64,000 nt of DNA from the human T2T-CHM13v2.0 reference genome, Homo sapiens. The notes under the pieces are model-generated. The model saw only the letters and a list, made by a program, of their open reading frames with translations. It made no database searches and was not told the origin of the DNA. Shown in pieces: positions 63,393 to 64,000 of this stretch. The stretch lies in the NCBI RefSeq assembly GCF_009914755.1, contig NC_060933.1; one strand, given 5' to 3'. A program made the position numbers and the translations under genes. Each line of letters opens with the position of its first letter. The stretch's first letter is position 1.

Positions 63393-64000
<608 letters not shown>

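Overview
Primate (human/great-ape-type) genomic DNA containing the 3' part of APBA1 (X11alpha/Mint1) on the minus strand. Eleven coding exons were read with GT-AG junctions and splice in frame to 437 aa (Ser/Pro-rich linker, PTB domain, PDZ1, PDZ2, C-terminal ...QPVYI). A ~3.8 kb 3' UTR ends at an AATAAA near 2186. Exon numbers 3-13 are inferred from the known 837-aa protein; exons 1-2 lie beyond the window. The introns hold two full-length, dead L1s in opposite orientation (L1PA4-like 9379-15569, sense to APBA1; L1PA2-like 51740-57806, antisense), a third 5'-truncated L1 at the right edge, Alus, MaLR LTRs, MER DNA transposons, MIR/L2 and a 16-bp minisatellite. No new gene or prokaryotic-type system is evident; the other ORFs in the track have no independent support. 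The most notable items are: (1) non-consensus ORF2 variants shared by L1 copies of different subfamilies (candidate local gene conversion); (2) an L1 antisense promoter aimed at exon 3; (3) a sense L1 with a 3' transduction about 60 bp after the exon 11 donor; (4) templated inverted insertions; (5) a minisatellite made of PBX-MEIS/PREP decamers that reads as YCAY clusters in the RNA; (6) candidate RNA structure and motifs around the 33-nt PTB exon. Repeat subfamily names come from remembered consensus sequences, not from a search.
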